The notes: generated from the sequence alone by a model not told the origin. A stretch of DNA of 64,000 nt from Octopus sinensis (GCF_006345805.1 NC_043003.1:65596001-65660000); one strand, 5' to 3'. Counted from the stretch's first letter, positions 12,835 to 27,650 are shown. Program-made: numbers and translations.

Positions 12835-12864
12835 TCGAAAAATACCTTAGGCATGAGAACCCAG
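12482..12864 (-). mobile_element. Composite element: inverted repeat + tRNA-like head + triplet repeat + PLE-type HHR body
   Basis: IRs 12636-12709 / 12793-12864 flank a tRNA-like core 12710-12791 (minus: A-box TGGTGTAGTGG, B-box AGTTCGATTCC). The HHR-like motif at 12572-12618 reads GACAC-CTAACGA-A-GGCTG..CAGCC-GAAA-CGTT-GTATT. The body is shared with 22729-23040. Confidence 0.8.
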
Positions 12865-12879
12865 TAATTATTTTTCTGT

Positions 12880-12986
12880 AAGCCTGGGACTTAGTTTATC
12901 GGTCTCTTTTGCCGAAGTTTTATGTTGCAGGACGTAAACACACCAGCAACGGTTGTCAAGTGGTGGTGGAGGATGCACGCACGCAT

Positions 12987-13048
<62 letters not shown>

Positions 13049-13123
13049 GTAATACAGTGGACTTCTTTCAATTTCCATCTAGGAAATCAACTCAGAACGC
13101 TTCGATCGGCCTGAGCCTATAGT
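12880..13123 (-). mobile_element. Internal fragment of SINE family E with expanded (CA)n
   Basis: TTTGCCGAA..GTAAACACACCAGCAACGGTTGTCAAG, then (CA)n, then CTTCTTTCAATTTCCATCTA, as in the other E copies. Confidence 0.7.
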
Positions 13124-14139
13124 ACCAAAAACCGCGTCTGCGCCTTGTCATCATATCTAATGATAACTAGATTCAAAATTCTAAACAGTATGCATCATAA
13201 GAGCAGCTTCACTTTCGGATTTTATTCACCTAGTTTCAGAAAGATTTCATCTTCTAATTCCAAGGATAATTTTCATTAATAGAAATGTTTCAATTCACTC
13301 TTTTTACATAAGTGAGAAGCTATTCAAACGCTCCTCTGAATTAGTTTTTGGTAACCATGGCATTGATAGCCATAATCAGCTGCAATGCTTTTCTTTTATC
13401 TCTCTGTATGCTACCGCTTCTAATTATAACCAATTCAGAAGAAAATTCAACGTGAATTTAGATTACATATTCCTCTTAGCAGGATTTTTTTTTCACTAAG
13501 AAGGGACCATCACATGTATAAATGTACAGACTTTTGAAGGAATGAAAGGTACACCTCAAACCAGCGAAGGAGCTTCATGCGAAGTTGCTTGACACTATCT
13601 CGCTAGAAATAGCAACCGTATTCCCTCAAATCAAACCCAATGTGATGAAAAAATCAAGAATACGTTGTCAAACTCTTCGATTCTTACAGAGTACAGTGGT
13701 CATCGACTTTGCCCCACATCCCCATTCTCGACTTTAGGTCTTCGCAGGTCTTGTTGGTGTTGAATTAGTATTGATGCTTCTGCAGCTTTGTTTGTAGGAA
13801 GGGGTGTTGGCACTACACAAATCCATTTTTACCAGTAAGAAGTCGTCTGTATTACTTTGGCCCCTATACTTTAACCTGTTCAGCTCTCAGGAGCACTGAA
13901 TCACACGAGCCACCACAGCGCAACTAGTGCTGGACTTTAGATATACTATTCCTCAAAATCAAATGTCGGAACATCATGAATTTAAAACTTGGCTAATGAA
14001 GGAAGATATGGGATTAGAACACCACTGCAAAAACTATGGCTTGTAGTATCTGTGAAGTTTTGGACAAAAATTATGCGCCATTTGATCAATTTCTTTGTGT
14101 TCTCATGTCACATGCTGCAGCGATCAACGTCGCCTTTGA

Positions 14140-14345
14140 GCAGGCAGAATCGTTAGCTCGTCGGAAAAAATGGTTAGCGGCATATCGTCTGTCTTTACGT
14201 TGAGTTCAAATTCCGCTGTGGTCGTCTTTGCCTATCATCCTTTCGGGGTCGATTAAATAAGTACCAGTTATGCACCAGTGTTGCTGTAATCGACTATCCC
14301 GTCCACCAAAGCTTCAGGCGTTGTGCCTATGGTAGAAAGGCTTAT
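14140..14345 (+). mobile_element. Family-A SINE
   Basis: GTTGAGTTCAAATTCCGC..GTCGTCTTTGCCTATCATCCTTTCGGGGTCGATTAAATAAGTACCAG. Confidence 0.85.
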
Positions 14346-15219
14346 GCTGAGAGGGATACGTAACGTGTGTTCGTGGTAAAACACTCACAGTATCACTTTT
14401 GACCAAGAAAAGTTAGGGAAGAGTTAGGCGAGAGGCTAACAAGGCATTCGCATCAAGCGAGCAAAAAATAGAAAAAATGGCGCTCCTTAACGGAGCTGTA
14501 GAACACCTATTGATTGATAAAAATATGAAGTAAAAGAAAAATAGATGCAACAGCACTGGTATAGATTCGAATTAGAAACACAACAATGTCAATCCCCTAT
14601 TCACTATCACAATTATCAATGAGCATACGAAGGGCCCTCTACAGAGTCATTGATTCTGCTAGAAATAGCTGTCAAATCTCCTTAGTAATACATCGAGTCG
14701 TCTCAAAGTTTATTTAATATTGTGCTAAGTACCCTTATTTCGAGAAAGAAATACATGATTACAGGGCTTGTATCATAGGTTTGCATCTTGAATGGTGACC
14801 TAGGGTTAAACAACAGGAACACACAGAGTCTCAAAAATATTTACTGTACCAACTATGTACATTGTCATCACCGGCATTAAATAACAAATCAACCGGCAAC
14901 AAAGGACGCATTCGACATGGTTGAATTGAGATACGAAATATTGAAATGGATACAAGTAGAACGCCGCCATGGAGGAACAACAATATTTGACAATGTATTA
15001 GTGAAATATAAAAACAATGAAATGGAAAGGAATGGAATTCTTTTGATCATATGTCTGTTAAGTGAAGATTGAGCATGGCCTAGACAACAGCAACGACTCT
15101 GATAGCAGCATGAAGGTGTTACCTGGGTGTCAATTCCACAAGCAAGTACAAAGAGATGGAAACATCATGATGATAATGATGATAATAATGATGGTGATAA
15201 AGATGATGATGATGATGAT

Positions 15220-15272
<53 letters not shown>

Positions 15273-15598
15273 GGTAGTGGTGGTGGTGGTGGTGACAGTG
15301 ATGATTGTATATGATACGAACACAAAAATTACATTTTGTGATTGTTATCGCTGTAGAGTAAAAGAAAATGTGACGTATATCTTTATCTAAATGTCTGTTT
15401 AAATTACGTTTCCCCACTATGAATCATTTCCGTGAATACACCCACTCACTCTCTCTCTCACTCTCTCTATCTCTCTGTGTCACACACGCACACACAAACA
15501 CACACAAATACATAGAAATATATATATATATATATATCTTCAATATATATATATATATACATATACAAATATATATATACATGTGTGTACGTACAGAT

Positions 15599-15630
<32 letters not shown>

Positions 15631-15668
15631 CGAATATACATATATATATATGAGAGAGAGAGAGTGAT

Positions 15669-15719
<51 letters not shown>

Positions 15720-16559
15720 GATATATATATAGTTCTTTAAATATAGGCATACTTACAGTTGTTTATGCAATTTACATCGAATGTAAAATATTGATACTTG
15801 CCAGAATGTCTTCCGTTATGTGTGCTAGTACTTAAACAGATGTATGTAGTGTGTACGTGTGTGTGTGTGCGCGCGTGTGAGTCTGTGCTAGTTTCTTTCG
15901 ATGTTATCTGACCCATTGTACTGATTTCTTTGTTTTTTTAACTATTCTTACAATAATTCAAATTTATCTATGTATTTATCTCTTTATCTATTTATCTATC
16001 TATCTATCTATCTATCTAACTAGCTTTTGTCTATCTATCTAATTATTTATCTACCCATTCAGTTAATCTATTTTACTATCTATCTGTATATTTATCAGTT
16101 TAACTTTCTACCCTGTTATCCTCTAAGTCTATATCTAAATGCACACGACTGCCTAGGATATTATACAATTCAAACAAGCTTACTCACGTATTTCTTTTAT
16201 ACATTTACTGAATAAACGAATGGGCGAGACAAGAATGAATTTACTACCAACTACTCAATCATAGCCAATGTATAATCTGTTATACAATCGAGACACCATC
16301 GAAAATATCGTTTTCACTTGTTGTTTATTCCGAGCTCGGACCTAACCAAGTAAAGCTATACTGATAGAAGCTTCCTTTTTAACAATCCCATTTTCTTTTC
16401 AGGCAATATATTTTACAATTTGTCTAATCAAATGACATTGCCAATCTTTAGTTTTGATTTAACAAACTTCTTTATAGGAGCGGTCCAGCCGTGACCATTG
16501 ATGCGTATTACCATTGCATGTCACTAAATAGGTTCTCCAATTCAAAAAACTATCATAAA

Positions 16560-16630
16560 AAAATGAGAACTATAAAGGTTATGCTAGTATGACAGAAGAG
16601 ACATTCAAAACAAAATTTTACAACCATACC
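16560..16630 (+). mobile_element. Possible Penelope GIY-YIG endonuclease remnant
   Basis: YKGYASMTEETFKTKFYNHT resembles the PLE GIY-YIG second motif (YIG.TE..FK.R..NH). Very short. Confidence 0.35.
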
Positions 16631-16891
16631 TATCTCTACGCTCCATCATCTTTTGGCTCATTCTTTCGCTACAAACAATTCAAAGAAAATTTGGTTGCCA
16701 TTTCAAGCACATCGAAATATCACGTATACACTCTCTTGTTGGCTCGTTTATTCAGAAGCACATAATCAAATATATCTATTCTTTCTAATATAGTCGGGTG
16801 TGGTTCAAAGACGTATTAAACTGTCGCTGCTTTGTTCAAATATCATTCTTGCGATTTATCGCATAAAATTTCTGTAAAATTCTCTCTATTG

Positions 16892-17261
16892 TAGAAACAT
16901 TATTATTCCTAAATCTCGCAACGAGAGATATTTAGTAGCAGTTTTTTAAATTACCGATTATTTGTCAACCTAATGTGGCAGTCCCGTTTAGGACGAATGC
17001 TACTGTTGTTTAGCCGCATGAAACATCGTCTCCTGTAAGCTATACGACACGCGATCCGATCCGTGTTCTTATATTTTCGAACGGGAGGTGCTTGGCACCC
17101 CAGCCCAGCACAAAGCAGAGAGAGATATGGTATCTCCTGGGACTAAACAACAGATGCATTCGTCCCAAACGGGACTGCCACATTAGGTTGGCAAATAATC
17201 GTTACTTTAAAGTACTGCTACTAAATATCTCTCGTTGAGAGATTTAGGAACAATGTTTCTA
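16892..17261. mobile_element. MITE-like element with ~120-bp terminal inverted repeats
   Basis: 16892-17015 pairs with 17140-17261 (..CAACCTAATGTGGCAGTCCCGTTT.GGACGAATGC..). A fragment of the same arm occurs near 32530-32590. Confidence 0.85.
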
Positions 17262-17719
17262 TTTATTAGATCAGTGACTGTTTGTCAATTAGAAAATTAT
17301 ATACATTTTAGAACGGGTGTTTAGCAGCGCCATCTCAGCGAAAGAGTTATTCAGTGCCGACGAAGGTAAACCGTACGGTCGGCAGATACTTCTTTTGTGT
17401 TAGTTGGGGGAGAGTAAGCCTCACTGTTCAAAAATATAATGACACAAATCGTCTCTCTATTATATTGTTCCGGAAGTTACCGATTTGTGTCCATGTTAAA
17501 GCCTGATTTCGTTTCTTTACGGATTATAAATTCCTCTTGTCTGGGCGGGTAGTTGTATCACTGTCCTTGTATTAAAATAAAATTATTAGTGAGATAAGGT
17601 CAAAACAATTGCAGATCACGAAACGGTGCAAACATTTATGCACACACACACACACGCACACACACGCATATCCATAGAGTCACATAATGCATACAAGTGT
17701 GGGAAAAAAGAACTATTAT

Positions 17720-18200
17720 CATTACTATTATTGTTGTCAATATTAGTAGTACAAGTATTAGTATTAAGTAAGTACTTGTTAATTTAATGAGCAGGGATGT
17801 TATCTTGAGATTCGGTGACAAGATGTCTTTAGAAATCTAGGGCTCTTGTAAAATATAAGGTGGTGCTTTTCCTTAGGTCGTCAAAGCATGTCTCATTTCA
17901 ATTATCCTTCAGCATATTACGTAGTATTTTTGGTGTGATGCGAAGAGCACCAGTTACCACAGGAATAATTGTTGTCTTAGTATTCTACAATTCTTTAAAC
18001 TCTTCGGCCAGCTCCTGATATATTTTATTTTGTTTCAATTTCTTTGGTGTCGCCTCTACTCTTGTAAGGAATTGCAAAATATATGACTTTACGCTGTTTG
18101 CTATTTTCTTCTCAATAATCATAACTGGTCTTCTTGGTTCAATAGTATGGTCATCAGTCTTTGTGGAAAAGTCTCTCAAGACTTTTCTAATTCTCATTTT
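17720..18200 (-). mobile_element. 3' end of an R4/Dong-like RLE non-LTR retrotransposon
   Basis: LRDFSTKTDDHTIEPRRPVMIIEKK..KIYQELAEEFKEL*NTKTTIIPVVTGAL..DLRKSTTLYFTRAL matches the RLE domain (WDF.I.TD..IEARRPD..KYQDLA.E.K.LW...IIPVV.GALG). Followed by a degenerate (AAT)n tail. Confidence 0.75.
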
Positions 18201-18204
18201 CTAT

Positions 18205-18390
18205 CTCAGTCTCTGGACGAAATGCTTAGCGATACTTCGCCCGTCGCCACGTTCTGAGTTCAATTTCCGCTCAGATCAACTTTGCCTTTCATCGTTTGAG
18301 GGGTCAATAAAAATAAGCACCAGTTAAACACAAAGAACTTTGTAATCTCCACAAATTTCAGACCTTGTGCTTATAGTAGAAAGGATTATG
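18205..18390 (+). mobile_element. Family-A SINE
   Basis: GAAATGCTTAGCGATACTTCGCCCGTCGCCACGTTCTGAGTTCAATTTCCGC..; ends in an (ATT)n tail. Confidence 0.85.
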
Positions 18391-18442
18391 ATTATTATTA
18401 TTATTATCATTATTATTATTATTATTGTTATTATTATTATTA

Positions 18443-18494
<52 letters not shown>

Positions 18495-18504
18495 TATTAT
18501 TATT

Positions 18505-18860
18505 AAGGCGGCGAGCTGGCAGAAGCGTTAGCACGCCAGGTAAAATGCTTTGCGGTATTTCGTCTGCCGTTACGTTCTGAGTTCAAACTCCGCCGAGGTC
18601 GACTTTGCCCTTCATCCTTTCGGGGTGGATAAATTAAGTACCAGTTACGCACTAGGGTCGATATAATCGACTTCATCCGTTCGTCTGTCCTTGTTCGACC
18701 CCTGTGTATTTAGCCCATTGTGGGTAGTAAAGAAATAGGTATTTCGCCCGTCGCTACATTCTGAGTTTAAATTCCAGCCAGTGAAACACTGGGGTCGATC
18801 TGATCGATTAGTCCCCTCTTCACAAATTTCAGGCCTTGTGCCTCCAGTAGAAAGGATTAT
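18505..18860 (+). mobile_element. Dimeric family-A SINE
   Basis: Intact head GGCGGCGAGCTGGCAGAAGCGTTAGCACGCC, long body, second body joined at GTATTTCG (18739). Confidence 0.9.
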
Positions 18861-19511
18861 TATTGTTGTTGTTGCTGTTGATTGTTGTTGATTGTTGTTG
18901 TTGTGAAGCAACAAGACGGGTAAGGGTGATTAGGCAATGGTCTAGGGCTAAGGGGCGGGAGACCCCAGAACTTGGAAAAAATGTTTGGTTGTCTTGTTGT
19001 AGTCGAGGGCTCTTCGTTGACTCCCGACACCCCTGGGTGGTGACCCTCGATGTCGCTGGAAATGGAGATCTCCAGGTCCAAATTCTTGAACGGATGCTGT
19101 TGGTGGTGTGGATTTTACTCACTGTTGTTGCAACAGGTTATTTACAATTACACATACAAATATCAGTTCTATTTTCTTTGGAAACATTTGGAAATTTATT
19201 ACTTTTCTTAATGTTATAAACTCTTCAGCTTAATATTTGTTTTGACTTTATTGTCGGACTATACGTATCTGTGTTTGATGCTGTATTATGTTTCTATATA
19301 TAAAAATTGGCATTACAATAACGTATCATTAGCAAGTATTGATATTAGCCTTCCATTATAAGATTTTATGAGTATTTTCCTGATCACTATGGTTGTAAAA
19401 CATTTAAATATATTTAAACTCAATTTCTTGATTTTGTTTTTACTATATCGTTTATATATTATATTTATTTATCTGCATCTATCATGATTACCACCTTGCT
19501 GTTAAGAAAAT

Positions 19512-19546
<35 letters not shown>

Positions 19547-19801
19547 TTCTAATAACCGAATGTAAAGAGCTAAACAATGCAAAAACCAAGCAAGAGAGGG
19601 GCAAGTGAATAAATATCGAAATTATAACAAGTAAAATATGGTTTGTATGCTCAAAATATTCTGTAAAATGTACGAACTTTTGTCTGTAGGTAATTAAGAG
19701 TCAAATATGAGAGTAGATGTCTCCTATCTATTTTGAGTATGAAAACAACCTATTGTATGTAAAATAAACCATTAGAAATTGAACATTGAAACTACATCAT
19801 A

Positions 19802-20037
19802 CAGTATGTTCGAAAAGTTTCTGCGCAGTGAATTTTTTTCGTCCTGTGCATCGCCATGGCGATACTTCAAGAGCTTTTCGGTGAACAGATTATTTCGAAG
19901 GTACTTTGGCTAGCAAGACCCCCTGATTTACCACCACCAGACTATTTTTTTTCTGAGGAGCAATTAAAGGATCTGTGTACAAGAAACGCCCGAAAACCAT
20001 TAAATATGTACTGCGGAGAGACCTTTTGAACACCCTG
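19802..20037 (+). mobile_element. Tc1/Tc3-like deletion derivative (MITE)
   Basis: Imperfect TIRs CAGTATGTTCGAAAAGTTTCTGCGCAGT / ACTGCGGAGAGACCTTTTGAACACCCTG. Internal ELFGEQIISKVLWLARPPDLPPPDYFF resembles the WPARSPDL motif. Confidence 0.75.
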
Positions 20038-21294
20038 TTGAAATTACTTTTCCTTCGTTTTACAGTTTAACTCATCTCAGGATCAAATGTAATTTCCGAT
20101 TTCAGTCAGATGGTTGTGTTTAATGCTTATAGTGAATGTTATTACAATGAGAAACGGCTGTCGTGATGAATTTCCTCGGGAACAGTACTGTGCACCCTTG
20201 AAATTAAGTGATGATAATACTATATGATTATTATTCAATATACGTATTACAGTCAATGTAAGGTCGACTAAGGTGCTGAATCAGTAGAATTAGCTAAGAG
20301 ATGTTTTGGCGCCATTTATTTGGCGTCGCTGATTCGACGCTGACCTATTTGACATCAGACGCTCTAGAGATGTTCATCTTCTCTCCTTCCCATCTAAGTG
20401 TGTGTGTTTATGTCTGTGTGCATACGTCTCTTTATGTGTATAAAGAGGAGAGTATTTATTTCACACGCGTTCAATTAATAAATTGTAATCTCTCTCTTCC
20501 ACCCGGCTTCTTTCCTTCCTTCCTTCCCTCCTTCCTTCCTTCCTTTCTTCCTCCCTTTCTTTCTTTCTTTCTTTTCCTCTCCCCTGTCTCCCTCCCCTGT
20601 CTCCCTCTCACTTCACAGTTTCTCCCTCTCCCCTCTCTCTCTCCTTATCGCCATGTGTATTCTCCTGTGCGCACACTTGTGGCTGTGTCTGTGTGTCTCT
20701 CCAAAACACCTGCACCAATTTATCACACACCGAGAATGATTTGCGATTTTATTTCAACCCTCAGTTTCTTAAGTATAAATCACGCCAAGATCAACTTTGA
20801 TTTTCATTTCTTCAAATGTCAGTCTAGTGTGTTAGCGTTGTTAGAATGCCCGACGATGTGCCTTGCACGCAATCTATTCTTGGTCTGTGTTTTTTCAGTT
20901 CAAATCTTGCGTCAAGAATTGTGACCGACAACATATTGACAATCTAAGAATCAAGAGATTTTTTGCTTTTATACGTTTTAGTCAAGAGCGAAGGCAGCCT
21001 TTATGATTTTTCCCACGGTATCCAGGACAACTGAGAAGGAAGGCAAGAAGAATGTGTCCTAAAACTAAAAAACAAAAAAATGCCCCTTTGCTTTCGGCCA
21101 AATAGGCATAATTTTGGATGATACTCCGTACGCAATTAATTCTCTCTTCATTTTCTGTTGAGCAAAACGCTTTTTTTATTTCCTAGACGCAAGAACACAT
21201 AATTCTCGTTACCGGTTTCCACGACGTATATGTAGCCGTGATCACAACACTCCTCTTCAACGGAAAGCCGATTCGTTGCGGGATCCAATGCTAG

Positions 21295-21490
21295 CAATTT
21301 TTAGGGGTAGGTCGATTAGATAGACCCCAGTACTTGGTTTGTTCTTTAATTTATCGCCCCCTCCCTAACCAAATTGATTAAAACAAAGTTGACCTTGGTG
21401 GGATTTGAACTCTGAAAGCATAAAGCCGGAAGAAATGCTGCTAGGTATTTTTTCAGATGTGCTAATGATTCTATCAGTTCGCTGCGTTTG
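21295..21490 (-). mobile_element. Degraded family-A SINE
   Basis: GGTCGATTAGATAGACCCCAGTAC..AAAGTTGACCTTGGTGGGATTTGAACTC. Confidence 0.75.
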
Positions 21491-22497
21491 CTAATTAGAA
21501 TAAATAACGAAGAATTTTAGAGCGTTGTACAAAATGTCGAACATTTACTCACGACTCTTTAAATGCTGTGGGCCGAATCTCATTGAAATCAACGGTTCAT
21601 TTCAATCTGGCATGGTTGGTAAAACAAAATGTCAGTGAAGCACAAGGAATCATGTGTATAATAATCTCCAGTATCCTGCACCAAACTTCCGTTTTGCGAT
21701 CATATCAAACATAGATTTCTAGATACTGATATTTCTATATTAATTTCACACTACATCTAAATGAACTTAAACTGTCACCTTTCTGCGGATAGCAAAAAGG
21801 AAATGGTTAGAGTATTTGAGAATTCCATATTTCTGTTCTTCTATCTATGTCAAGAACAAATATTTTTTATCAATGTCTAAATTATCTAGATTTTGTTTCA
21901 CTGACGATGAGTAGGGTCTTGGATTACGAATAGGGCAGATGGCAGTTGTATGTTTTACTAACATTGAATTGTCTTTATCTTTTTGACACTTACATTTTAA
22001 TGGAACAGTCAGCTTGTGACGAAGTTGTTTCGTTCTCGTCTGTCGATAACGAAGAGTATACTGATGGTTATTTCGATGGATACTATAGTTAGATGACCCC
22101 TTCAAAAGGGATGTGGTTTAATTAATCTGTATTTTTAGAGGTCTGACATCCTGTCCTTAGAAATCCACCATTTATAAGATACAGAAACAAAGGGTCGTTT
22201 CCCATGCACAAATACGCACACACATAGGGGCATACAAACACAATATGTGTATATGAGAGACAGACAGAGAAACGCCAGTCAATCGTCTGCTTTTAATGAT
22301 AAATTTAAACCTTTTAGAAAATATTGAGTAAGGGAACCTCATTACTGTTTGATTATTTTCACAAAAAAACACACATGTACATATATATGTGTGTGTACGT
22401 ATACATGCATACATGCATACATACATACATACATGCATACATACATACATACATACATATATACATACATACATACATACGTATGGGGATAAAGATA

Positions 22498-23702
<1,205 letters not shown>

Positions 23703-23780
23703 TATATGTATACATATACACATGCATACATACATATATATATATACTTACAAATATATACACACATATATATGCATGTA

Positions 23781-23816
<36 letters not shown>

Positions 23817-23825
23817 TATATGCAT

Positions 23826-23859
<34 letters not shown>

Positions 23860-24522
23860 AGGGAGAGAGATACGCAAACACGCATATTCATAGAAAGATA
23901 TATACATTTAAATATCCACGTCACCGTTCCCTCTCGTCCTCTCACTCTTCCTCCTTGACTATCTCGTTGCTGACACGTGACGAAAGGCCATCTATATCTT
24001 TCTTTTTTCTATTTCCTTCCTAAAGACAAGACGTGCTTTTACCTGTCTCTTCTCAAAGCTCGTTTTTCTAGCGTTCATAATCTTCACATCGTCTTGACTA
24101 AACAGCCCTCACCGTTTGTTTTTACCGTCATTTTCTCACTGTCTTGTTTTTGTTACCACTTTCACCTTCCGCAAAAAAATCCCGAATTCTATTTAATTTG
24201 CTTTGCGGGAAAGACTGTTTTAACGCAGCCGCGTCGTGTCCTTACCTTCTAAAACGCAGGGTAGATGAAACAGCGGACAATTGATGAAGGGAATATTCTT
24301 TATGCTGCATGTCTAGTTTCTCTGCTTGTTATTTTTCGTTGTTCGAAAAAAGTTCGTTTTCTATGTTTTTGTTTTTTTATGTTCTCGTTTCTCATTCCGT
24401 CTACGTTTCTTTGTTGGCTTGTACCCATATATGCATGTATATAAACATACATATATGTATGTATATATTCATATATTTATATATTATTCATATTATTATA
24501 CATATACATGTATATAATATAT

Positions 24523-24749
24523 GGAATTAATCCACCGCCAAAAAAAAAAAAGAATGAAGAACAAGTACAAGAACAAAAACCCGAATACGTGTAACGTGCT
24601 AAATATTAGCACACTCTCAGGGAAGGAAAGAAAGGGAGTTTTACGTTTCGAGCAAAGCTTTTCGTTAGAAACAGGAGACAGAGGAATGTCTAAGAGAAAA
24701 GAAAGATGGAGGAAAATACTCGCCAACGATCCACATGTGTTTAGATTAC

Positions 24750-24750
<1 letters not shown>
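24523..24750 (-). mobile_element. (TA)n-anchored short element with a degenerate minimal HHR
   Basis: The minus strand at 24638-24675 reads GTTT-CTAACGA-A-AAGC-TTT-GCTC-GAAA-CGTA-AAAC (G5>A, G10.1>A). TA-rich flanks. Confidence 0.6.
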
Positions 24751-24796
<46 letters not shown>

Positions 24797-24843
24797 CGTT
24801 CTTGGCCCAGTTTGTATTTTTCTACATAAAATGATATATATAT

Positions 24844-24922
<79 letters not shown>

Positions 24923-25070
24923 ACATATATAGATAGATAGATAAATACATAGGTAAGTAGATAGATAGATATAGATATTTTTTAAATAAAAACCGAAAAA
25001 AACAAACAAACATGAGTATATATATATAGGAATGTATATATGTATATATATACATTCATATATATATATG

Positions 25071-25107
<37 letters not shown>

Positions 25108-25114
25108 CCTATAT

Positions 25115-25185
<71 letters not shown>

Positions 25186-25765
25186 TACATGTATGTATGT
25201 TTATGTGTGCGTTGAGTGAAGCGTGCGTGATGTACGTACGTAAATATGTATGTATGTATAAATATACATATATATATATATACATATATATGTGTATATA
25301 TATCTATATTTATATGCATACATGTATATATGTATATATATGTGTTTGTGTTGAGTGTGTGTGCGTTAGTACGTACGTACGTATGTATGTAATCCACGAA
25401 AAGCGGCTAAAAAATGCAAAATTTCACATCTTTAATGGTTAGGATCCAACAGAATTACTAAAAGCTATGAATGTAAAAATAGGTTTAGTAAAACGGCAAT
25501 TATCTATGGTAGTTCGTTTTTTCATATATATCATTTCTCCAATCACAACATGTCATGTTATCGGCTATATAATCAAACCGTATTTAGAGATAACTTCACC
25601 CTACTCCAGCCCCAAATACCCCTCTATTCCATATTCGTCTTTACGCCTGTTCCTTCACTTTTACTCGCTTTGACACTCTGCGTTCGAAAATCGTTCTCAT
25701 ATATCATATATGGCAGATATACTTCTACATTTCTCCAGAATCTCAATTAATGAAAAAAAAAAGAA

Positions 25766-25808
<43 letters not shown>

Positions 25809-26092
25809 ACTCGCTCACTGTCTATCTCTCTTTATGTATGATTACACACAAACACAAACACAGTTATATATATTCATTTCTGTGTGTGTTTGTATGTATG
25901 TGTGAATATATTTATGTGTAAACTAAACGTAATTACATCGAAGTTTATGTATATACATATATTATATATATATATGCATATATGTATGTATATTTATGTA
26001 TATACATATATATATATACATATATATATGTATGTATATTTATGTATATACATATATATATATATATACTATATATATATATATTTATATGC

Positions 26093-26135
<43 letters not shown>

Positions 26136-26163
26136 CATATAAATCTGTGTATATACGTATGAA

Positions 26164-26202
<39 letters not shown>

Positions 26203-27219
26203 ATCTCTCTATATATTTATATAATATATGTTTATATATATTTATAAACAGATATAACATACATGTGTGTATACATATATATAAACATAAATGCGTGTAT
26301 ACATATATATAGTTATGAGTATATATACATGCTGATACATATACGAATATATATTTATGAATATTTATAGATATATGTACATGTATGTATATCTGTTATA
26401 CGGACACACACACGCACACACCAGTCACCCACACACATATCTGCACAAACACACCCACCCACACACGTACATATGTATATATATAGAAAAAACACGCGCA
26501 CACAGAATACTATACACACAAATTTCTACACTCAAGCACACCCGACGAAAGTAAGTATTACTTGTATTTTTAATTTTTTCCTTTCTATTTCCCCACAGCA
26601 TAAAACTTGCTGAAGAATTTATGAAGTATCGGTATTGAGGAGTTGAGGAGCCATGGTTCTCCATAGTTATGCAAATGGTTTTCTTAAGAAAATCCAATTC
26701 TTAACCATCTTTAACCGGCGATGAAGTAGACAGGTTCATAGAAATTGCATCAATTGAAGAATACATAGAGGAAGAAAATAAAGTATAAATATTATACAAC
26801 AAGTAACTAAGAAAACATACGAAACGAAACGTTTTTGTATTATTTTGGTTTTCAGCATCAACGGAATTCATATTGATTTCTCTCATAACTACTATTTCAT
26901 CGCAATGAATTTTGTTCACGTTTTTTCTGTGTCGTAGTATATGCGTGTGTTTTTGCGTGCGTATGTGAGCGTTTATGTGTGTGTGTGTCTGTGTGTGTGT
27001 TTGTGCGTGTGAGAGAGAAAGAGAGAGCGAGAGAGAGAGAGAGAGAAAAGGGAGCGAGAGAGAGAGAGAGAGAGAAAGAAAGAAAGAGAAAGTGCGTGTA
27101 TGTAGGAATCTGTATATATGTGTATGTGTCCGTATATGTATGCATATCGTACGCGCTCACACTCATATTTATGTGTGTATACATAACATACATATATATA
27201 TATATGTGTACATACATTG

Positions 27220-27256
<37 letters not shown>

Positions 27257-27412
27257 CACCTATATATCCATTCATATACATGTATCTATATATGTATATT
27301 GATAGAGTGAGTGAGAAAAAGAGTTTTATACATATATGCATAGGTATATAAAATTATATTCGTATGTGTGTGTATATATATTTACACACTTATATATTTA
27401 TAAATATATTCA

Positions 27413-27461
<49 letters not shown>

Positions 27462-27650
27462 GCATGTATATATATATATGCACACAGATGTAGGCATCAT
27501 CTGTATGTGTGTATGTATATCTATGTATCTATAAATATGTATATGCATATACATATATACACACATATATATGCATACATATACATATATATATACATAC
27601 TTATATACTTATATATATATATATATAACCGTGTATGTGTATAACTCTAT
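24750..27650. repeat. Microsatellite-dominated zone: (TA)n, (TG)n, (GA)n, (TATC)n, (TATG)n
   Basis: Directly visible compound simple repeats, with short unique islands around 25390-25760 and 26540-26930. Confidence 0.95.

Noticed and set aside
13700-13930. Weak R4-like RLE remnant (EDLKSRMGMWGK; also KNLDLEISIS near 19060-19100)
   Set aside because: Too short and degenerate to support.
14405-14420. TTAGGG telomere-like hexamers (isolated, also ~35760)
   Set aside because: Single occurrences, not tandem arrays.
20301-20924. 207-aa ORF
   Set aside because: Passes through (TG)n and CT-rich low-complexity tracts; no recognisable protein.
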